The notes under the pieces are model-generated. The model was not told the origin of the DNA and searched no databases. It saw only the letters and a list, made by a program, of their open reading frames with translations. A DNA stretch of 64,000 nucleotides from Escherichia coli. Its GTDB lineage: Bacteria; Pseudomonadota; Gammaproteobacteria; Enterobacterales; Enterobacteriaceae. Positions 41,394-53,784 of this stretch are shown here, piece after piece. A program made the position numbers and the translations under genes. The stretch is from NCBI RefSeq assembly GCF_024298765.1, contig NZ_CP101210.1; one strand, written 5' to 3'. Within the stretch, counting starts at the first letter, position 1, and each line of letters begins with the position of its first letter.

Positions 41394-41990
41394 TTATGCG
41401 GCTTTTCCATTAACAGATTCGGCCACAAGAACAACACCGTGTTTGTTTCGATCAGGATGTTCACTCCAGATTTCTGATTCAGGAATACTTTCCCCATCAT
41501 AGCAGATCCGATCACCATCAAACGAATAATACCGTGCGGAATCTGTATCTAAGATAAACACCTTAAAATTCGTTGAACGACGCGCTATATGCTGCCAGAG
41601 GGCTTTACCTCCTTCATATTGCTCGTTATCACTTAATAGTATAACGCCTGCTTTTGTGGCTATTGTTTCATAAACAAACGTAGCAAGGCTAACATCACGT
41701 ACAGCGCCATCGACAACAATCCCTTCAATCTGAGCAACGTCCTGTTCTTCCCAGAATTTCCGGACAAACACCCCTTCAAGCTGTGAACGACGCTGAAGCT
41801 CCAGAGTGGCAACAACCTTATGGCGAATATCACCATCAATAACAGAAGGTGCAGCTTCGATTACCGCAGCGAACGGAGTCTTTGGATCCCAGATGATCTG
41901 GTAAAGCACACCCTGAATAGTTACTCCATCCAGTATCGAAAAACGACGAGCTACAGTAGCAGGGGAGTAAGACATTGGAATGACAGCCAT
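41394..41990 (-). CDS. Hypothetical protein, 198 aa, first gene next to thrW
   Basis: Track ORF MAVIPMSYSPATVARRFSILDG...; no motif recognised. Occupies the position where a tRNA-linked island normally carries its integrase. Confidence 0.55.
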   Translation of the reverse strand: MAVIPMSYSPATVARRFSILDGVTIQGVLYQIIWDPKTPFAAVIEAAPSVIDGDIRHKVVATLELQRRSQLEGVFVRKFWEEQDVAQIEGIVVDGAVRDVSLATFVYETIATKAGVILLSDNEQYEGGKALWQHIARRSTNFKVFILDTDSARYYSFDGDRICYDGESIPESEIWSEHPDRNKHGVVLVAESVNGKAA

Positions 41991-42300
41991 TTTATGGCCT
42001 AAAATTTGAAAACATCAGTATCAATACTGACCTCATCAGTCTGAGCATATATTGATAAAGTTTTTATGTTTACACTCAATAAATACCTTGCCAAACAACT
42101 AATAGCGATGTCTACATTGCCATTCGACATGCTTACAATTTTTGTCAACAAGAAAGTGAATTTATATCAACGGTAAGAAGTAAACACGAGGACACCAAAA
42201 CCAAATGTACACACTTTTGTGCTTTGTGTCCCCTGTGTGTACCCAAATGACAAACTGCAAGAAAATCTAGGCACACACTTATCTAACTTATTGATTTAAA

Positions 42301-42376
42301 TGGTGCCGATAATAGGAGTCGAACCTACGACCTTCGCATTACGAATGCGCTGCTCTACCAACTGAGCTATATCGGC
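42301..42376 (-). tRNA. thrW: tRNA-Thr (anticodon CGU)
   Basis: Reverse complement reads GCCGATATAGCTCAGTTGGTAGAGCAGCGCATTCGTAATGCGAAGGTCGTAGGTTCGACTCCTATTATCGGCACCA: cloverleaf, CGT anticodon in the loop, encoded CCA. Downstream of proA, as thrW is in E. coli. Confidence 0.95.
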
Positions 42377-42490
42377 CCTGAAAGGACATGTTCACGAACG
42401 TGAATCACGGTGGACAAGGTTAAAACTAACCGGGCGATGCGTCAATGGCCTTGTGAATCAAATGGCTACTTTTGCATCACCCGGTTTTAT

Positions 42491-43744
42491 TTACGCACGA
42501 ATGGTGTAATCACCAATGCCGATCCACTTATAAGTGGTCAGTGCTTCCAGCCCCATTGGGCCGCGCGCGTGGAGTTTTTGTGTGCTTACCGCAACTTCCG
42601 CCCCCAGTCCAAACTGGCCGCCGTCGGTAAAACGCGTAGAGGCGTTAACGTAAACAGCGGAGGAATCCACTTCGTTAACAAAACGCTGGGCGTTGCGCAT
42701 ATCGCGGGTCAGGATCGCATCGGAGTGTTGCGTGCCGTGTTCACGAATATGGGCGATGGCATCGTCAAGATCGCTAACGATTTTGACGTTCAAATCTAAT
42801 GACAGAAACTCATCGTCATACTCTTCGGCTTTAACCGCCACCACCTTCGCGGGGCCTGTCTGCAACTGCGCCAGTGCACCTGCATCAGCGTGTAACGTCA
42901 CGCCACTTTCCGCCATTTGTTTGCTTAATGCGGGCAGGAAACTATCGGCGATGTTTTTATTCACCAGCAACGTTTCAACCGTATTACATGTGCTCGGTCG
43001 CTGAGTTTTCGCGTTGACGATCACTTTCAGGGCTTCAGCGATCTCTGCACTTTCATCAACGTAAATATGGCATACGCCTATACCACCTGTGATCACCGGG
43101 ATCGTCGACTGTTCGCGGCACAGTTTATGCAGGCCAGCGCCACCGCGCGGGATCAGCATGTCGATGTATTTATCCATACGCAGCATTTCACTGACCAGCG
43201 CGCGGTCAGGATTATCAATCGCCTGCACGGCACCCGCCGGTAAGCTGCAGGATTTCAGGGCGTCCTGAATCACCGCTACCGTTGCAGCGTTAGTGCGACA
43301 GGTTTCTTTGCCGCCGCGCAGGATCACCGCGTTACCGGTTTTCAGGCACAGGGAAGCAACATCAACCGTCACGTTCGGGCGCGCTTCATAAATCACGCCA
43401 ATCACCCCCAGCGGCACGCGACGGCGCTCCAGACGCAGGCCGCTGTCCAGTACGCCGCCATCGATTACCTGCCCCACCGGATCGGCGAGATTGCACACCT
43501 GGCGCACATCGTCGGCAATGCCTTTCAGCCGTGCGGGCGTCAGTGCCAGACGGTCAAGCATCGCTTCGCTAAGGCCATTGGCACGCGCGTCTGCAACATC
43601 CTGCGCGTTAGCGTTGAGGATACTTTCGCTTTGTGCTTCCAGTTCATCGGCGATTTTTTCCAGCACACGATTTTTTTCGCGGCTGGAGAGTTGCGCTAAT
43701 TTATACGAGGCTTGCTTCGCGGCAATGCCCATTTGTTCCAGCAT
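42491..43744 (-). CDS. proA: Gamma-glutamyl phosphate reductase
   Basis: 417 aa, [38 protein letters not shown]...; recognised E. coli ProA. Confidence 0.97.
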   Translation of the reverse strand: MLEQMGIAAKQASYKLAQLSSREKNRVLEKIADELEAQSESILNANAQDVADARANGLSEAMLDRLALTPARLKGIADDVRQVCNLADPVGQVIDGGVLDSGLRLERRRVPLGVIGVIYEARPNVTVDVASLCLKTGNAVILRGGKETCRTNAATVAVIQDALKSCSLPAGAVQAIDNPDRALVSEMLRMDKYIDMLIPRGGAGLHKLCREQSTIPVITGGIGVCHIYVDESAEIAEALKVIVNAKTQRPSTCNTVETLLVNKNIADSFLPALSKQMAESGVTLHADAGALAQLQTGPAKVVAVKAEEYDDEFLSLDLNVKIVSDLDDAIAHIREHGTQHSDAILTRDMRNAQRFVNEVDSSAVYVNASTRFTDGGQFGLGAEVAVSTQKLHARGPMGLEALTTYKWIGIGDYTIRA

Positions 43745-43755
43745 CGGCCAGCTCC

Positions 43756-44859
43756 TTAACGGGTAATCATGTCATCACGGTGAACGGCAACCGGGCCGTA
43801 TTCATATCCCAGTATTGCATCAATTTCTTGCGAGTGGTGTCCGGCAATACGGCGTAATGCATCGCTGTTGTAACGACTGACGCCGTGGGCGATATCGCGA
43901 CCTTCGAGGTTGCAAATACGGATGACTTCACCACGCGAGAAATTGCCAGTCACGCTTTTAATGCCTTTCGGCAACAGGGAGCTGCCGCGTTCCAGAATGG
44001 CGGCAGTTGCCCCTTCATCTACCGTGATTTCACCCGCAGGCGGCGCACCGAAAATCCAGCGTTTACGGTTTTCAAGCGGAGTCGCCTGGGCATGGAACAG
44101 CGTACCGACGGAAATGCCTTCCATCACATCACCAATAACGCCCGGCTTGCTGCCCGCGGCAATAATGGTGTCGATACCCGCACGGCAAGCCACGTCAGCG
44201 GCCTGCAATTTGGTGCTCATACCGCCAGTTCCGAGGCCTGAAACGCTATCACCGGCAATCGCGCGCAGTGCGTCATCAATGCCGTACACATCTTTAATCA
44301 GTTCTGCCTGCGGATTGCTGCGCGGGTCAGCGGTATACAAACCTTTTTGATCGGTCAGCAGCAACAGTTTATCGGCACCCGCCAGAATCGCCGCCAGCGC
44401 AGAAAGGTTATCGTTATCACCGACCTTAATCTCTGCAGTAGCGACAGCATCGTTCTCATTAATTACCGGAACGATATTGTTATCGAGCAACGCACGCAGG
44501 GTATCGCGGGCGTTCAGGAAGCGTTCACGATCTTCCATATCAGCACGGGTCAGCAACATCTGCCCGACATGAATGCCGTAAATTGAAAACAGCTGTTCCC
44601 ACAGTTGAATCAGTCGACTCTGCCCTACCGCCGCCAGCAGCTGTTTTGAAGCGATAGTCGCCGGCAATTCCGGGTACCCCAGGTGCTCACGTCCGGCGGC
44701 AATCGCACCCGACGTCACAATAACAATCCGATGCCCGGCGGCATGTAACTGCGCGCACTGGCGAACAAGTTCAACGATATGGGCACGGTTCAGGCGGCGC
44801 GATCCGCCTGTTAGCACACTGGTGCCGAGTTTTACCACCAGCGTCTGGCTGTCACTCAT
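43756..44859 (-). CDS. proB: Glutamate 5-kinase
   Basis: 367 aa from [31 protein letters not shown] (internal Met of the track ORF). Confidence 0.97.
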
Positions 44860-45147
44860 GATTCTCTGCCATTCAATTTTAGGAAAAAATGATATCAAAC
44901 GAACGTTTTAGCAGGACTGTCGTCGGTTGCCAACCATCTGCGAGCAAAGCATGGCGTTTTGTTGCGCGGGATCAGCAAGCGTAGCGGCAGTTGTTTACGC
45001 TTTTATTACAGATTTAATAAATTACCACATTTTAAGAATATTATTAATCTGTAATATATCTTTAACAATCTCAGGTTAAAAACTTTCCTGTTTTCAACGG
45101 GACTCTCCCGCTGAATATTCGCGCGTTAATTAAAATCAGGAATGAAA

Positions 45148-46203
45148 ATGAAAAAGAGCACTCTGGCATTAGTGGTGATGGGCATTGTGGCATCTGTATC
45201 CGTACAGGCCGCAGAAATATATAACAAAGACGGTAATAAACTGGATGTCTATGGCAAAGTTAAAGCCATGCATTATATGAGTGATAATGACAGTAAAGAT
45301 GGCGACCAGAGTTATATCCGTTTTGGTTTTAAAGGCGAAACACAAATTAACGATCAACTGACTGGTTATGGTCGTTGGGAAGCTGAGTTTGCCGGTAATA
45401 AAGCGGAGAGTGATACTGCACAGCAAAAAACGCGTCTCGCTTTTGCCGGGTTGAAATATAAAGATTTGGGTTCTTTCGATTATGGTCGTAACCTGGGCGC
45501 GTTGTATGACGTGGAAGCCTGGACCGATATGTTCCCGGAATTTGGTGGCGACTCCTCGGCGCAGACCGACAACTTTATGACCAAACGCGCCAGCGGTCTG
45601 GCGACGTATCGGAACACCGACTTCTTCGGCGTTATCGATGGCCTGAACTTAACCCTGCAATATCAAGGGAAAAACGAAAACCGCGACGTTAAAAAGCAAA
45701 ACGGCGATGGCTTCGGCACGTCATTGACATATGACTTTGGTGGCAGCGATTTCGCCATCAGTGGAGCCTATACCAACTCTGATCGTACCAACGAGCAGAA
45801 CCTGCAAAGCCGTGGCACAGGCAAGCGTGCAGAAGCATGGGCAACAGGTCTGAAATACGATGCCAATAATATTTATCTGGCAACTTTCTATTCTGAAACA
45901 CGTAAAATGACGCCAATCTCTGGCGGCTTTGCCAATAAGACGCAGAACTTTGAAGCGGTCGCTCAATACCAGTTTGACTTTGGTCTGCGTCCATCGCTGG
46001 GTTATGTCTTATCGAAAGGGAAAGATATTGAGGGCATCGGTGATGAAGATCTGGTCAATTATGTCGATGTTGGTGCTACGTATTATTTCAACAAAAATAT
46101 GTCAGCGTTTGTTGATTATAAAATCAACCAACTGGATAGCGATAACAAATTGAATATTAATAATGATGATATTGTCGCGGTTGGCATGACCTATCAGTTT
46201 TAA
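45148..46203 (+). CDS. phoE: Phosphoporin PhoE
   Basis: 351 aa from [16 protein letters not shown]..., ending ...VAVGMTYQF (porin C-terminal Phe). Confidence 0.95.
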   Translation: MKKSTLALVVMGIVASVSVQAAEIYNKDGNKLDVYGKVKAMHYMSDNDSKDGDQSYIRFGFKGETQINDQLTGYGRWEAEFAGNKAESDTAQQKTRLAFAGLKYKDLGSFDYGRNLGALYDVEAWTDMFPEFGGDSSAQTDNFMTKRASGLATYRNTDFFGVIDGLNLTLQYQGKNENRDVKKQNGDGFGTSLTYDFGGSDFAISGAYTNSDRTNEQNLQSRGTGKRAEAWATGLKYDANNIYLATFYSETRKMTPISGGFANKTQNFEAVAQYQFDFGLRPSLGYVLSKGKDIEGIGDEDLVNYVDVGATYYFNKNMSAFVDYKINQLDSDNKLNINNDDIVAVGMTYQF

Positions 46204-46211
46204 TGGATATT

Positions 46212-46232
46212 GCCGGATGTGATGCATCCGGC
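46212..46232. terminator. Hairpin between convergent phoE and crl
   Basis: gccggatg-tgatg-catccggc. Confidence 0.5.
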
Positions 46233-46241
46233 ACATTTCAT

Positions 46242-46700
<459 letters not shown>

Positions 46701-47945
46701 TTAACACAACCGTTTTTCGATCCAGTCTGTGATTTCCTGAAGGCCTTTGTCAAAATTCCGATACACCGGGTTAAATGGGATCTCTAATAATTTACCGTCA
46801 GCAGATGACGACGTGATTAAGCGTGAGTCCTCTTCCGGGCTGAACGGATCGTTCTTCCAGTAGCCTGATAACATTGGCGTTGGGCAGCGACGTCCCAGCA
46901 ATCCTTGCACTTTTAATGAATAGCGATTCAACTCCACTCGCAACGCTTCATCGGAAGCATCATGCATCCCTAAACGACTGGCCAGAACGTCAAGATACAT
47001 TTCCGGCACCTGTTGCTGGCACTTAAAATCACTCAACAGGGTATGAACTACCGGACCAAGACAGGCAACCACTTTCAGACGCGGCGATTCAAGGTATGCC
47101 AGACGCACGGCAACGTTAGCGCCGAAACGGAAACCAAAGGCCGCGACGCGAGTGTGATCCACCCACGGTACGTTAGGCAGCGCCTTTAAAACGTGCTGAT
47201 GCAACAGGCTGGAGTCCTGGGTGAGCTTCCATTTTGAAGAAAAGCCCACCGACGGCATATCAATAGTCAGCATAGCAATGCCGCGCGGCGCAAAATAACG
47301 TTCATACAGGCTGTAATAGTCCGTCTGCATCGCATCCAGACCACCACACATTAATACTGTCGGGAACGGGCCATCGCCTTTCGGCATATGCAAAAAGCCG
47401 GTGATGGGCGCACCGCCGGGTACGGTAAACTCCATCTGCCGCATCGTGCCCGGCAGACGCTGAGCGGCCTCTTCATAGGCGCGGTTTGACAAAGCCTGCG
47501 CTTGCTCGGCCAGGTCATCTCCTTTCAGATGAGGATAGGCAGCAATGTTGTACAACGTAGCCGCATGCAGCCAGTGTCGACCGCTGAGTTGCGGATCTTC
47601 TTCCGCACAGGCTTTTTGTTGCCACACCATCGCCTGGGTAGCCCACTCATAAATCCAGTTGCCGCCGCGGTAGCCAATCACCGTATCGTATAAATCATCG
47701 TCGGTACGTTCGGCATCGCTCATCACAATACGCGCCTGGACGTCGAGGATTTCACGGGGGTCAATGCCGCGCCAGATCCACATCAGACGGTTAATCATGC
47801 GATACCAGTGAGGGATGGTTTTACCATCAAGGGCCGACTGCACAGGCGGTTGTGCGCCGTGACTAAAGCGGCGGACTAGCGTCGAGGTTTCAGGATGTTT
47901 AAAGCGGGGTTTGAACAGGGTTTCGCTCAGGTTTGCCTGTGTCAT
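46701..47945 (-). CDS. frsA: Fermentation/respiration switch esterase FrsA
   Basis: 414 aa [27 protein letters not shown].... Confidence 0.95.
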   Translation of the reverse strand: MTQANLSETLFKPRFKHPETSTLVRRFSHGAQPPVQSALDGKTIPHWYRMINRLMWIWRGIDPREILDVQARIVMSDAERTDDDLYDTVIGYRGGNWIYEWATQAMVWQQKACAEEDPQLSGRHWLHAATLYNIAAYPHLKGDDLAEQAQALSNRAYEEAAQRLPGTMRQMEFTVPGGAPITGFLHMPKGDGPFPTVLMCGGLDAMQTDYYSLYERYFAPRGIAMLTIDMPSVGFSSKWKLTQDSSLLHQHVLKALPNVPWVDHTRVAAFGFRFGANVAVRLAYLESPRLKVVACLGPVVHTLLSDFKCQQQVPEMYLDVLASRLGMHDASDEALRVELNRYSLKVQGLLGRRCPTPMLSGYWKNDPFSPEEDSRLITSSSADGKLLEIPFNPVYRNFDKGLQEITDWIEKRLC

Positions 47946-48036
47946 GGATGCAGCCTCCAGAATACTTACTGGAAACTATTGTAACCCGCCTGAAGTTAAA
48001 AAGAACAACGCCCGGCAGTGCCAGGCGTTGAAAAGA

Positions 48037-48495
48037 TTAGCGACCGGAGATTGGCGGGACGAATACGACGCCCATATCCCACGGCTGTTCGATCCAGGTA
48101 TTTTGCGGGATATCAACAACATAATCATCAACCAGCGGACGACCAGCCGGTTTTGCGAAGATGGTGACAAAGTGCGCTTTTGGATACATTTCACGAATCG
48201 CAACCGCAGTACCACCGGTATCTACCAGGTCATCAATAACGATGAAGCCTTCGCCATCGCCTTCTGCGCGTTTCAGCACTTTAAGCTCGCGCTGGTTGTC
48301 GTGATCGTAGCTGGAAATACAAACGGTATCGACATGACGAATACCCAGTTCACGCGCCAGTAACGCACCCGGTACCAGACCGCCACGGCTTACGGCAATA
48401 ATGCCTTTCCATTGTTCAGAAGGCATCAGTCGGCTTGCGAGTTTACGTGCATGGATCTGCAACATGTCCCAGGTGACGATGTATTTTTCGCTCAT
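48037..48495 (-). CDS. gpt: Xanthine-guanine phosphoribosyltransferase
   Basis: 152 aa [50 protein letters not shown].... Confidence 0.97.
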   Translation of the reverse strand: MSEKYIVTWDMLQIHARKLASRLMPSEQWKGIIAVSRGGLVPGALLARELGIRHVDTVCISSYDHDNQRELKVLKRAEGDGEGFIVIDDLVDTGGTAVAIREMYPKAHFVTIFAKPAGRPLVDDYVVDIPQNTWIEQPWDMGVVFVPPISGR

Positions 48496-48755
48496 GTGAA
48501 GTGTCCCAGCCTGTTTATCTACGGCTTAAAAAGTGTTCGAGGGGAAAATAGGTTGCGCGAGATTATAGAGATCTGGCGCACTAAAAACCAGTATTTCACA
48601 TGAGTCCGCGTCTTTTTACGCACTGCCTCTCCCTGACGCGGGATAAAGTGGTATTCTCAAACATATCTCGCAAGCCTGTCTTGTGTTGACAACATTTTCT
48701 GCTAACCCTGTGACCTGCAATACTGTTTTGCGGGTGATCGACAAGGAGACTTAAC

Positions 48756-50213
48756 GTGTCTGAACTGTCTCAATTATCTCCACAGCCGCTGTGGGATATT
48801 TTTGCCAAAATCTGTTCTATTCCTCACCCGTCCTATCATGAAGAGCAACTCGCTGAATACATTGTTGGTTGGGCAAAAGAGAAAGGTTTCCATGTCGAAC
48901 GCGATCAGGTAGGTAATATCCTGATTCGTAAACCTGCTACCGCAGGTATGGAAAATCGTAAACCGGTCGTCTTGCAGGCCCACCTCGATATGGTGCCGCA
49001 AAAAAACAACGACACCGTGCATGACTTCACTAAAGATCCTATCCAGCCTTATATTGATGGCGAATGGGTTAAAGCACGCGGCACCACGCTGGGTGCGGAT
49101 AACGGCATTGGTATGGCCTCTGCACTGGCGGTTCTGGCTGACGAAAACGTGGTTCACGGCCCGCTGGAAGTGCTGCTGACCATGACCGAAGAAGCCGGTA
49201 TGGACGGTGCTTTTGGCTTACAGAGCAACTGGTTGCAGGCTGATATTCTGATTAACACCGACTCCGAAGAAGAAGGTGAAATCTACATGGGTTGTGCGGG
49301 AGGTATCGACTTCACCTCCAACCTGCATTTAGATCGTGAAGCGGTTCCAGCTGGTTTTGAAACCTTCAAGTTAACCTTAAAAGGTCTGAAAGGCGGTCAC
49401 TCCGGCGGTGAAATCCACGTTGGCCTGGGTAATGCCAACAAACTGCTGGTGCGCTTCCTGGCGGGTCATGCAGAAGAACTGGACCTGCGCCTTATTGATT
49501 TCAACGGCGGCACACTGCGTAACGCCATCCCGCGTGAAGCCTTTGCGACCATTGCTGTCGCAGCTGATAAAGTCGACGCCCTGAAATCTCTGGTGGATAC
49601 CTATCAGGAGATCCTGAAAAACGAACTGGCAGAAAAAGAGAAGAATCTGGCATTGCTGCTGGACTCCGTAGCGAACGACAAAGCTGCATTAACGGCGACA
49701 TCTCGCGATACCTTTATTCGTCTGCTGAACGCAACCCCGAACGGTGTGATCCGCAACTCCGACGTGGCAAAAGGTGTGGTCGAAACCTCCCTGAACGTCG
49801 GTGTGGTGACCATGACCGACAATAACGTAGAAATTCACTGCCTGATCCGTTCTCTGATCGACAGCGGTAAAGACTACGTAGTGAGCATGCTGGATTCACT
49901 GGGTAAACTGGCAGGTGCGAAAACAGAAGCAAAAGGCGCATATCCTGGCTGGCAGCCGGACGCTAACTCTCCGGTAATGCATCTGGTACGTGAAACCTAT
50001 CAGCGTCTGTTCAACAAGACGCCGAACATCCAGATTATCCACGCGGGCCTGGAATGTGGTCTGTTCAAAAAACCGTATCCGGAAATGGACATGGTGTCTA
50101 TCGGGCCAACCATCACCGGTCCACACTCTCCGGATGAGCAAGTTCATATCGAAAGCGTTGGCCATTACTGGACACTGCTGACTGAACTGCTGAAAGAAAT
50201 TCCGGCGAAGTAA
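48756..50213 (+). CDS. pepD: Aminoacyl-histidine (Xaa-His) dipeptidase PepD (GTG start)
   Basis: 485 aa, SELSQLSPQPLWDIFAKICSIPHPSYHEEQLAEYIVGWAKEKGFHVERD.... Confidence 0.97.
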   Translation: MSELSQLSPQPLWDIFAKICSIPHPSYHEEQLAEYIVGWAKEKGFHVERDQVGNILIRKPATAGMENRKPVVLQAHLDMVPQKNNDTVHDFTKDPIQPYIDGEWVKARGTTLGADNGIGMASALAVLADENVVHGPLEVLLTMTEEAGMDGAFGLQSNWLQADILINTDSEEEGEIYMGCAGGIDFTSNLHLDREAVPAGFETFKLTLKGLKGGHSGGEIHVGLGNANKLLVRFLAGHAEELDLRLIDFNGGTLRNAIPREAFATIAVAADKVDALKSLVDTYQEILKNELAEKEKNLALLLDSVANDKAALTATSRDTFIRLLNATPNGVIRNSDVAKGVVETSLNVGVVTMTDNNVEIHCLIRSLIDSGKDYVVSMLDSLGKLAGAKTEAKGAYPGWQPDANSPVMHLVRETYQRLFNKTPNIQIIHAGLECGLFKKPYPEMDMVSIGPTITGPHSPDEQVHIESVGHYWTLLTELLKEIPAK

Positions 50214-50225
50214 TTATTTGATTTG

Positions 50226-50260
50226 CTGCCGGATGGCGTTTAATCGCCTTCCGGCAGTTT
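50226..50260. terminator. Hairpin between convergent pepD and prfH
   Basis: ctgccggatggcg-tttaa-tcgccttccggcag (one mismatch), then ttt. Confidence 0.6.
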
Positions 50261-50269
50261 CATCCTTCA

Positions 50270-50884
50270 TTACCCTTCGATAAAGGCCATCCCTGTAAAC
50301 GTTCGTCGCGGGTTGCCACGTTCAATCTGGTGATGGAACATTCGCCGCTGCGATTTCAGCGCCGCGCTATTTTCCTGTTGCTGTTGTTCCAGCTTCCAGG
50401 CAATCAGTAATCGCGCCAGCCGTTTGTTAGCATGCTGACTGCGCTCTGACTGAACCTTCACGCTAATACCGGATGCCAGATGCGTGGCGCGTACCGCCGA
50501 GTCGGTTTTATTGACATGTTGACCGCCCGGCCCCGACGAACGCAGCGTCTCATAACGGATTGCATCCGATTGTTCCTGCTCATCAGCGGTAAAACGCCCA
50601 ATGCCCAGAAACCAGTTTTTGCGCCCATGATGAGGCCGATACGGACTCGGACAAATCCACTGAATAGTGCCGCACCAGCTTTCGCTTAGAGCCCATGCGT
50701 TATCGCCATCCAGAGAAATCAGCGCCGAACGCAGTGTGTCAGAGTAGCGACCCGTTTCTGTTTCCAGCACCGTTACCGCGACGTCCTGTCGGGTAGCTTC
50801 TTTAATCAGCCTGTCCAGTGCTTTTCTCACTGCGAGACAACATTCTTCCGGCCCCTGAGCAGAGGAGAGTTGTAGCAAGATCAT
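50270..50884 (-). CDS. prfH: Peptide chain release factor homologue PrfH, apparently full length (204 aa)
   Basis: From [30 protein letters not shown].... GGQ motif ([20 protein letters not shown]). ATGA overlap with the upstream rtcB-like gene. Confidence 0.85.
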
Positions 50885-52032
50885 CCTTTTTTCCCTCCAC
50901 TGTTTTTGAGCGTCAGCACCGGGCGCAGTCGCGCGACAGGAATAATTAACCCAGCCAGCACCAGACATTGCACCACGCTTTCAGCCGATTTATAGGCTTG
51001 TGGCGCTTCTTCAAAGATGAGTTGTTTATCGCGACAAATTACCCGACTGCCAAGTTCAGTCCGCGAGAGTTGCGTCGCCGTGTATTTCGCTGCCAGACGC
51101 CCTTTACACTCGGTGCGCCCCCATTTACGCCCCGCCCCATGCGCCAGCGAGTGGAGCGTTTTTTCGTTCGCAACAGGTTTAACCAGCCAGGAGTAATCGC
51201 CGCGTGAACCGGGAATAATCACCAGACCGTTGTCATCCGGCGTGGCGCCTTTACGATGCAACCAGCCCTGTTGATCGCCGATTTGGCACGCGCTAACAAA
51301 GTTATGCGCCACATCCAGAACCGGACTTCCGGTGGCCTTAACTTGTTGCATTATGCGCAAAGCGATCAGCTGGCGATTAATACGCGCAAACGCCAGCGCA
51401 TCGTCATGTTCCGCAATATACCGTAGCGCGTCGTCACTGCCTTCAGGCAAACCATGATGCGAAAACGAGGCAATATGCCGCTGTAAAATAGACTGCCCCA
51501 ATCCCCTCGAGCCGCTATGAACCAGCAGTTGCAGATGCTGCGCATCCAGACCAGCCAGTGCAAACAGTTCCGCGTCGATAATTTGATCAATCTGTTGCAG
51601 TTCTACGAAGTGGTTACCGCCACCGATGGAGCCAAGCGAGTTGCGCCACGGATGCTGTGCAAATGCTGACGGCAGGTTTTCCTCCAGCCAGCTTTCTTCA
51701 GCAACGTCATCCAGATCTGATAATCGCTTTTCAAACTTATCGGCGTTGTATTTGCGAGCGAGAATATCTGTTTGCCATAGCGCCATGCCGCAGCCGATAT
51801 CATTGCCGACCAGTGCCGGGTAAAAACGACCAACAGAGAAGAACGCTGCGCCAATCGGGTAGCCGCGTCCGGGATGTAAATCTGGCATCCCCACAACGCG
51901 CTGCATGTTGGGTAAATTTGCCGTGGTGTGTAATTGTTGGATCGCTAAACTCTCGATCCACAGGTCATCAGATGCGATGGTAAATACCGCATCGGATAAG
52001 GGACGAATATATTTGCCCATGTACCATTCCAT
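50881..52032 (-). CDS. RtcB-family RNA ligase paralogue (RtcB2-type), apparently intact
   Basis: About 380 aa. [52 protein letters not shown] and AHGAGRK match RtcB metal/GTP-binding motifs. Start is 52032 or 52020. Confidence 0.85.
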   Translation of the reverse strand: MEWYMGKYIRPLSDAVFTIASDDLWIESLAIQQLHTTANLPNMQRVVGMPDLHPGRGYPIGAAFFSVGRFYPALVGNDIGCGMALWQTDILARKYNADKFEKRLSDLDDVAEESWLEENLPSAFAQHPWRNSLGSIGGGNHFVELQQIDQIIDAELFALAGLDAQHLQLLVHSGSRGLGQSILQRHIASFSHHGLPEGSDDALRYIAEHDDALAFARINRQLIALRIMQQVKATGSPVLDVAHNFVSACQIGDQQGWLHRKGATPDDNGLVIIPGSRGDYSWLVKPVANEKTLHSLAHGAGRKWGRTECKGRLAAKYTATQLSRTELGSRVICRDKQLIFEEAPQAYKSAESVVQCLVLAGLIIPVARLRPVLTLKNSGGKKG

Positions 52033-52209
52033 TTATGAATAAAAATCAGGAAATGGCAGACGAATCCAGGGCAAGAAAAAAGAATTAATCCTGGAAAGGT
52101 CTGCAAAGAGTCATTGATAAAGGATTTGTCATGATTTACCTCCTTGCAGTTTGTGGAATAAGAAAACGCGCACATACTAGACGGGCGTTATTTTCATTGC
52201 AAGCTGGAT

Positions 52210-52662
52210 TTAATGTTGCGGTTTATATCGCATATAAAAATTAGTAAACCACGTTCCCCGGCATTCAACGCGCTGCTGCTTAACTGTCTGAAAACCATAA
52301 CGTTCAAAAAAGGGTTTTGCGGTTATGCTGGCGTCCACCGTAAGTTCGGATTCAGACTTAATCAATGGTTTTAACAAAGCGCTGGCAACTCCGCGTCGGG
52401 TGTATTCCGGTTCAACAAATAACATATCGATATAATGTCCAATGCGGGTAATAAAACCAACCGGTTGTGCATTAATAACTGCAACCCGCACTTGTGATTT
52501 CGCGAGTTTCTCCTTCCAGCGAGATTCGTCAATCTGCGCCCAGGCGGCAATTTGCTGTGGAGAATAGTGCTGACTCGCCGTCATCGTAACAGCTCGAAGG
52601 AAAATAGCGCATAGTTGCTGAAAATCACCAGGCTGATAGTTTCTTATTTGTATGTTATTCAT
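52210..52662 (-). CDS. yafP: GNAT-family acetyltransferase YafP
   Basis: 150 aa [21 protein letters not shown].... ATG lies in an ATGA overlap with the dinB stop. Confidence 0.9.
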   Translation of the reverse strand: MNNIQIRNYQPGDFQQLCAIFLRAVTMTASQHYSPQQIAAWAQIDESRWKEKLAKSQVRVAVINAQPVGFITRIGHYIDMLFVEPEYTRRGVASALLKPLIKSESELTVDASITAKPFFERYGFQTVKQQRVECRGTWFTNFYMRYKPQH

Positions 52663-53714
52663 AATCCCAGCACCAGTTGTCTTTCCATTTGAGGGTCAAG
52701 CAACGTCACATGCAGCCCCACCAGTCGCACACCGCGCCCGCCGCGACGTTCATCCCAGGTTTTACGCGCGGTGGCGATTAGATCAGCTTTATTCAGCCGC
52801 GGCCAGACGTGCTCCTGAGTAGTTTGCTGAAAATCGTCGAACTTTAATTTCACCCCCTGGCGAGCAATCAGTAAATCAGGTTTTACCTTTGCCAGACGGC
52901 GTTCAAGTTCAGGATACAGCCGCTCAATAATCGCTTCACATTCAGACCAGTGATGAATATCTTCCGCCATCGTGCGTTCCACGCCGACGGATTTTCGCAA
53001 CCGTTCACTGTTAACGTCGCGCTCGTCAATCCCCTGACTACGCTCCCACAAAATGCGGCCAAATTTGCCAAAGCGTTTAAGCAGAATCACCAGATCACAC
53101 TTTTGCACATCACCGCAGGTCCGCAGCCCCATCGCTTCCAGTTTTGCCGCCGAGACTTTGCCGACGCCGGGAATTTTTGCCAGCGGTAAGGTTTGCAGAA
53201 ATGCCGGAACTTCTGCCGGCGTAATCACAAACTGACCGTTGGGTTTATTCATGTCGGAAGCAATTTTGGCGAGAAACTTGACCGGCGCAACGCCCGCAGA
53301 CGCCGTCAGTTGCAGCTCGTTGAAGATCGTCTGGCGGATTTCCTGGGCGATGAGGGTCGCAGAACCGTGGCAATGGACGCTATCGGTGACATCGAGATAG
53401 GCTTCATCCAGTGATAACGGTTCAATGCGCGAGGTATAGCGCGAGAAAATTTCGCGGATATGATTTGAGGCTTCTTTGTAGGCGTCAAAGCGCCCTGGAA
53501 GCAAGGTGAGATGCGGGCATAATTTGAGCGCCATCCCTGTCGGCATAGCGCTACGTACGCCAAATTTACGCGCGGGATAATTGGCGGTGCTGATCACCCC
53601 CCGTCGTTCGCGGCTGCCGCCAATAGCAATAGGGATATCGCGCAGGGCGGGATTATCGCGCATCTCCACCGCTGCGAAAAAGCAGTCCATATCCACATGA
53701 ATGATTTTACGCAT
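52659..53714 (-). CDS. dinB: DNA polymerase IV
   Basis: 351 aa [33 protein letters not shown].... Confidence 0.97.
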   Translation of the reverse strand: MRKIIHVDMDCFFAAVEMRDNPALRDIPIAIGGSRERRGVISTANYPARKFGVRSAMPTGMALKLCPHLTLLPGRFDAYKEASNHIREIFSRYTSRIEPLSLDEAYLDVTDSVHCHGSATLIAQEIRQTIFNELQLTASAGVAPVKFLAKIASDMNKPNGQFVITPAEVPAFLQTLPLAKIPGVGKVSAAKLEAMGLRTCGDVQKCDLVILLKRFGKFGRILWERSQGIDERDVNSERLRKSVGVERTMAEDIHHWSECEAIIERLYPELERRLAKVKPDLLIARQGVKLKFDDFQQTTQEHVWPRLNKADLIATARKTWDERRGGRGVRLVGLHVTLLDPQMERQLVLGL

Positions 53715-53784
53715 TGCTCACCTCTCAACACTGGTAAAGTATACAGTAATTTCAGGGGTTGAGAAATGCGTAAAGATTCAGCAT

